Assembly: GCF_026571515.1 (NCBI RefSeq) | Contig: NW_026860870.1 | Coordinates: forward strand, 62,001 to 126,000 | DNA length: 64,000 nt | Direction: 5' to 3' | Source of the DNA: Ruditapes philippinarum | Lineage: Eukaryota | Shown: piece by piece, positions 62,411 to 64,000 of the stretch | Layout of the letters: every line of letters starts with the position of its first letter | Numbering within the stretch: position 1 is the stretch's first letter | Made by a program: the position numbers and the translations under genes | The notes under the pieces: generated by a model | Seen by the model: only the letters and a program-made list of their open reading frames with translations | Databases searched by the model: none | Told to the model about the DNA's origin: nothing

Positions 62411-62792
62411 TAATAGAAAGAGCACCGAAACACGAGGCTATCTGATTTGTACGAGGGGGCGTAGCCCCCGAGTATAAATCAGATTGCCGAGTGTTTTGGT
62501 GTTCTTTCTCTTTTGTATCATAGTCAAACATGACAACACTTCCCTGTTGTCATAATATGAAACCCCAGAAAAAAATAACCAATGAACGAGCATTTGAATA
62601 TGATAGTTCTGCCCCTTTCCCTTTCTCTGCCGTCACAATATGTAAACCCCGGCAAAAATGAACCAATCCACGGGCATTATCTGGAGTGCGGGTAACTGAT
62701 ACCCGCACTCAAGTTACCGCACTGTGCATGTATATGTATACGATTTAACTCTGACACTTTTTCAACAGAAAGGTACCCAAACTATGATACAA
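62411..62792 (+). mobile_element. Crypton-like non-autonomous hairpin element
   Basis: ~100-bp hairpin with a GC-GTA-GC loop; ttgtatcatagt is inverted at the 3' end as actatgatacaa. Confidence 0.6.
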
Positions 62793-63098
62793 CTACCTAC
62801 ATAGCATAAAGTTGATACCCTTTATAGTTCTCGTGTGTTGTCTCGAACAAAGTTCAAAGAGTAAAAAAAAACCACAAAAAACAAAGGGCAATAACTCCAA
62901 ATTAGTGAAGAGAGCGTTACGGTTGTTCTGCACCGCACTTCTACAAAATATGAAGTTGATATCTGTTGTATATTCCGAGTTATGTCCCGGACAAAAAATC
63001 TGCAACGGACCGCGAAACCAACCGACCAAACAACCGCCCGACAGACCACCAGCTGATTTCAGTATACCCCAACAAATTTCGTTTGACGGGAGTATAGT
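62793..63098 (-). mobile_element. 5' part of a HINE-type element
   Basis: Minus strand tatactcccgtc...ggggtatactgaaatc plus a GGTC/GGTT microsatellite; resembles the 5' end of 51533-53283. Confidence 0.6.
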
Positions 63099-64000
63099 AA
63101 CGTTCAACTTGGTCTTTTGATAGTAAAATAATTGCATCTAAAGGGTAATTGACTAACTCAAAATTTGCTGGAACCCAAAGGGGTTAGTCTTATCATTATA
63201 GACCCAACTGGCATATCCATGATAGGTCAACTCCTGTAAATTGTGATAATGAAATCCCTTAAATATTGAAAAAATTTAATTCAGGGCAACCTATAAAAAT
63301 ACAAACAGGTTAAGGTTTGAAGACGTTGAAGTCCTGACATTCATACACCCCATTATTCACCACCCCCCATACACACACGTACATGCACACCAATCATCCA
63401 AAAAAAAAAAAAGAAAAAAAATGTTGTTGTTTTTTTGTCAAGCTGTTTTATAAAATCTAGCCTTCTATACATGTATAATGGTATTTAGTATATTAATGCA
63501 TTTTGTTTATGCATGTTAGCTACGTGTCAATGACCAAACTATCCGAAATCCCACACCTCAGACCATATACTGGTCAGCCAATTGATCCCTAAGTCAGTAA
63601 GTGTACAAGAAAAGCATTATTGCAAAGCATCAAAGGGCGTCCAAGCAAGAAATGCAGCAAGTGAAGATGAACTAGTACACATATGATGACAAGATATTCT
63701 TATTAACTACCAGAAATGTATATCACTTATGAATGAGCGGACGAAAGACATTGTTCATTATGAACTTTGATTGGCATGCTAGAGATTAGAATATAACTTG
63801 TTATTTCTTTATGATCGTGGTTATTAATAGCAACGGATATACACGTATGCAATCATTTATAATCCATATGTGTAACGCATGATCAACACGTACCTTATTA
63901 TTTTATCGCTATTAGCGAAGACCCCCTCTTAAGGTATCTGTTCACACTTTAAGTTAGTAAAAATATGACACTGGTTATATATTACCATGTTGATCATGTT

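Overview
AT-rich, intron-containing animal genomic DNA. A bivalve mollusc, probably a venerid clam, is inferred from the SINE, MITE and Helentron-like repeat types. Two host loci can be rebuilt from splice signals. (1) Three tandem minus-strand paralogues of the sarcoplasmic calcium-binding protein (SCP) EF-hand family at 1994-19503; each has a 101-nt first coding exon, a phase-2 intron and a long last exon, and all have degenerate EF loops. (2) The 5' part of a plus-strand integrin alpha gene, with four coding exons at 35783-61294, continuing beyond the window. The rest is mostly mobile DNA: an internally deleted Polinton/Maverick (TIRs, near-perfect 6-bp TSD, adenain-type protease pseudogene, internal tRNA-Lys-like sequence) in integrin intron 1; a near-complete DIRS1-type tyrosine-recombinase retrotransposon in intron 2; Helentron-type elements with satellite arrays; IS3EU-like foldback MITEs; Crypton-like hairpin elements; SINEs; a LINE remnant; a Tc1 remnant; and minisatellites. 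The most unusual signal is a ~270-nt non-coding unit found twice as circularly permuted, longer-than-unit copies, with strand-specific, G-U-rich RNA folding, as expected for a retroposed circular RNA (retrozyme- or viroid-like). All calls were made by eye; no searches or folding programs were run.
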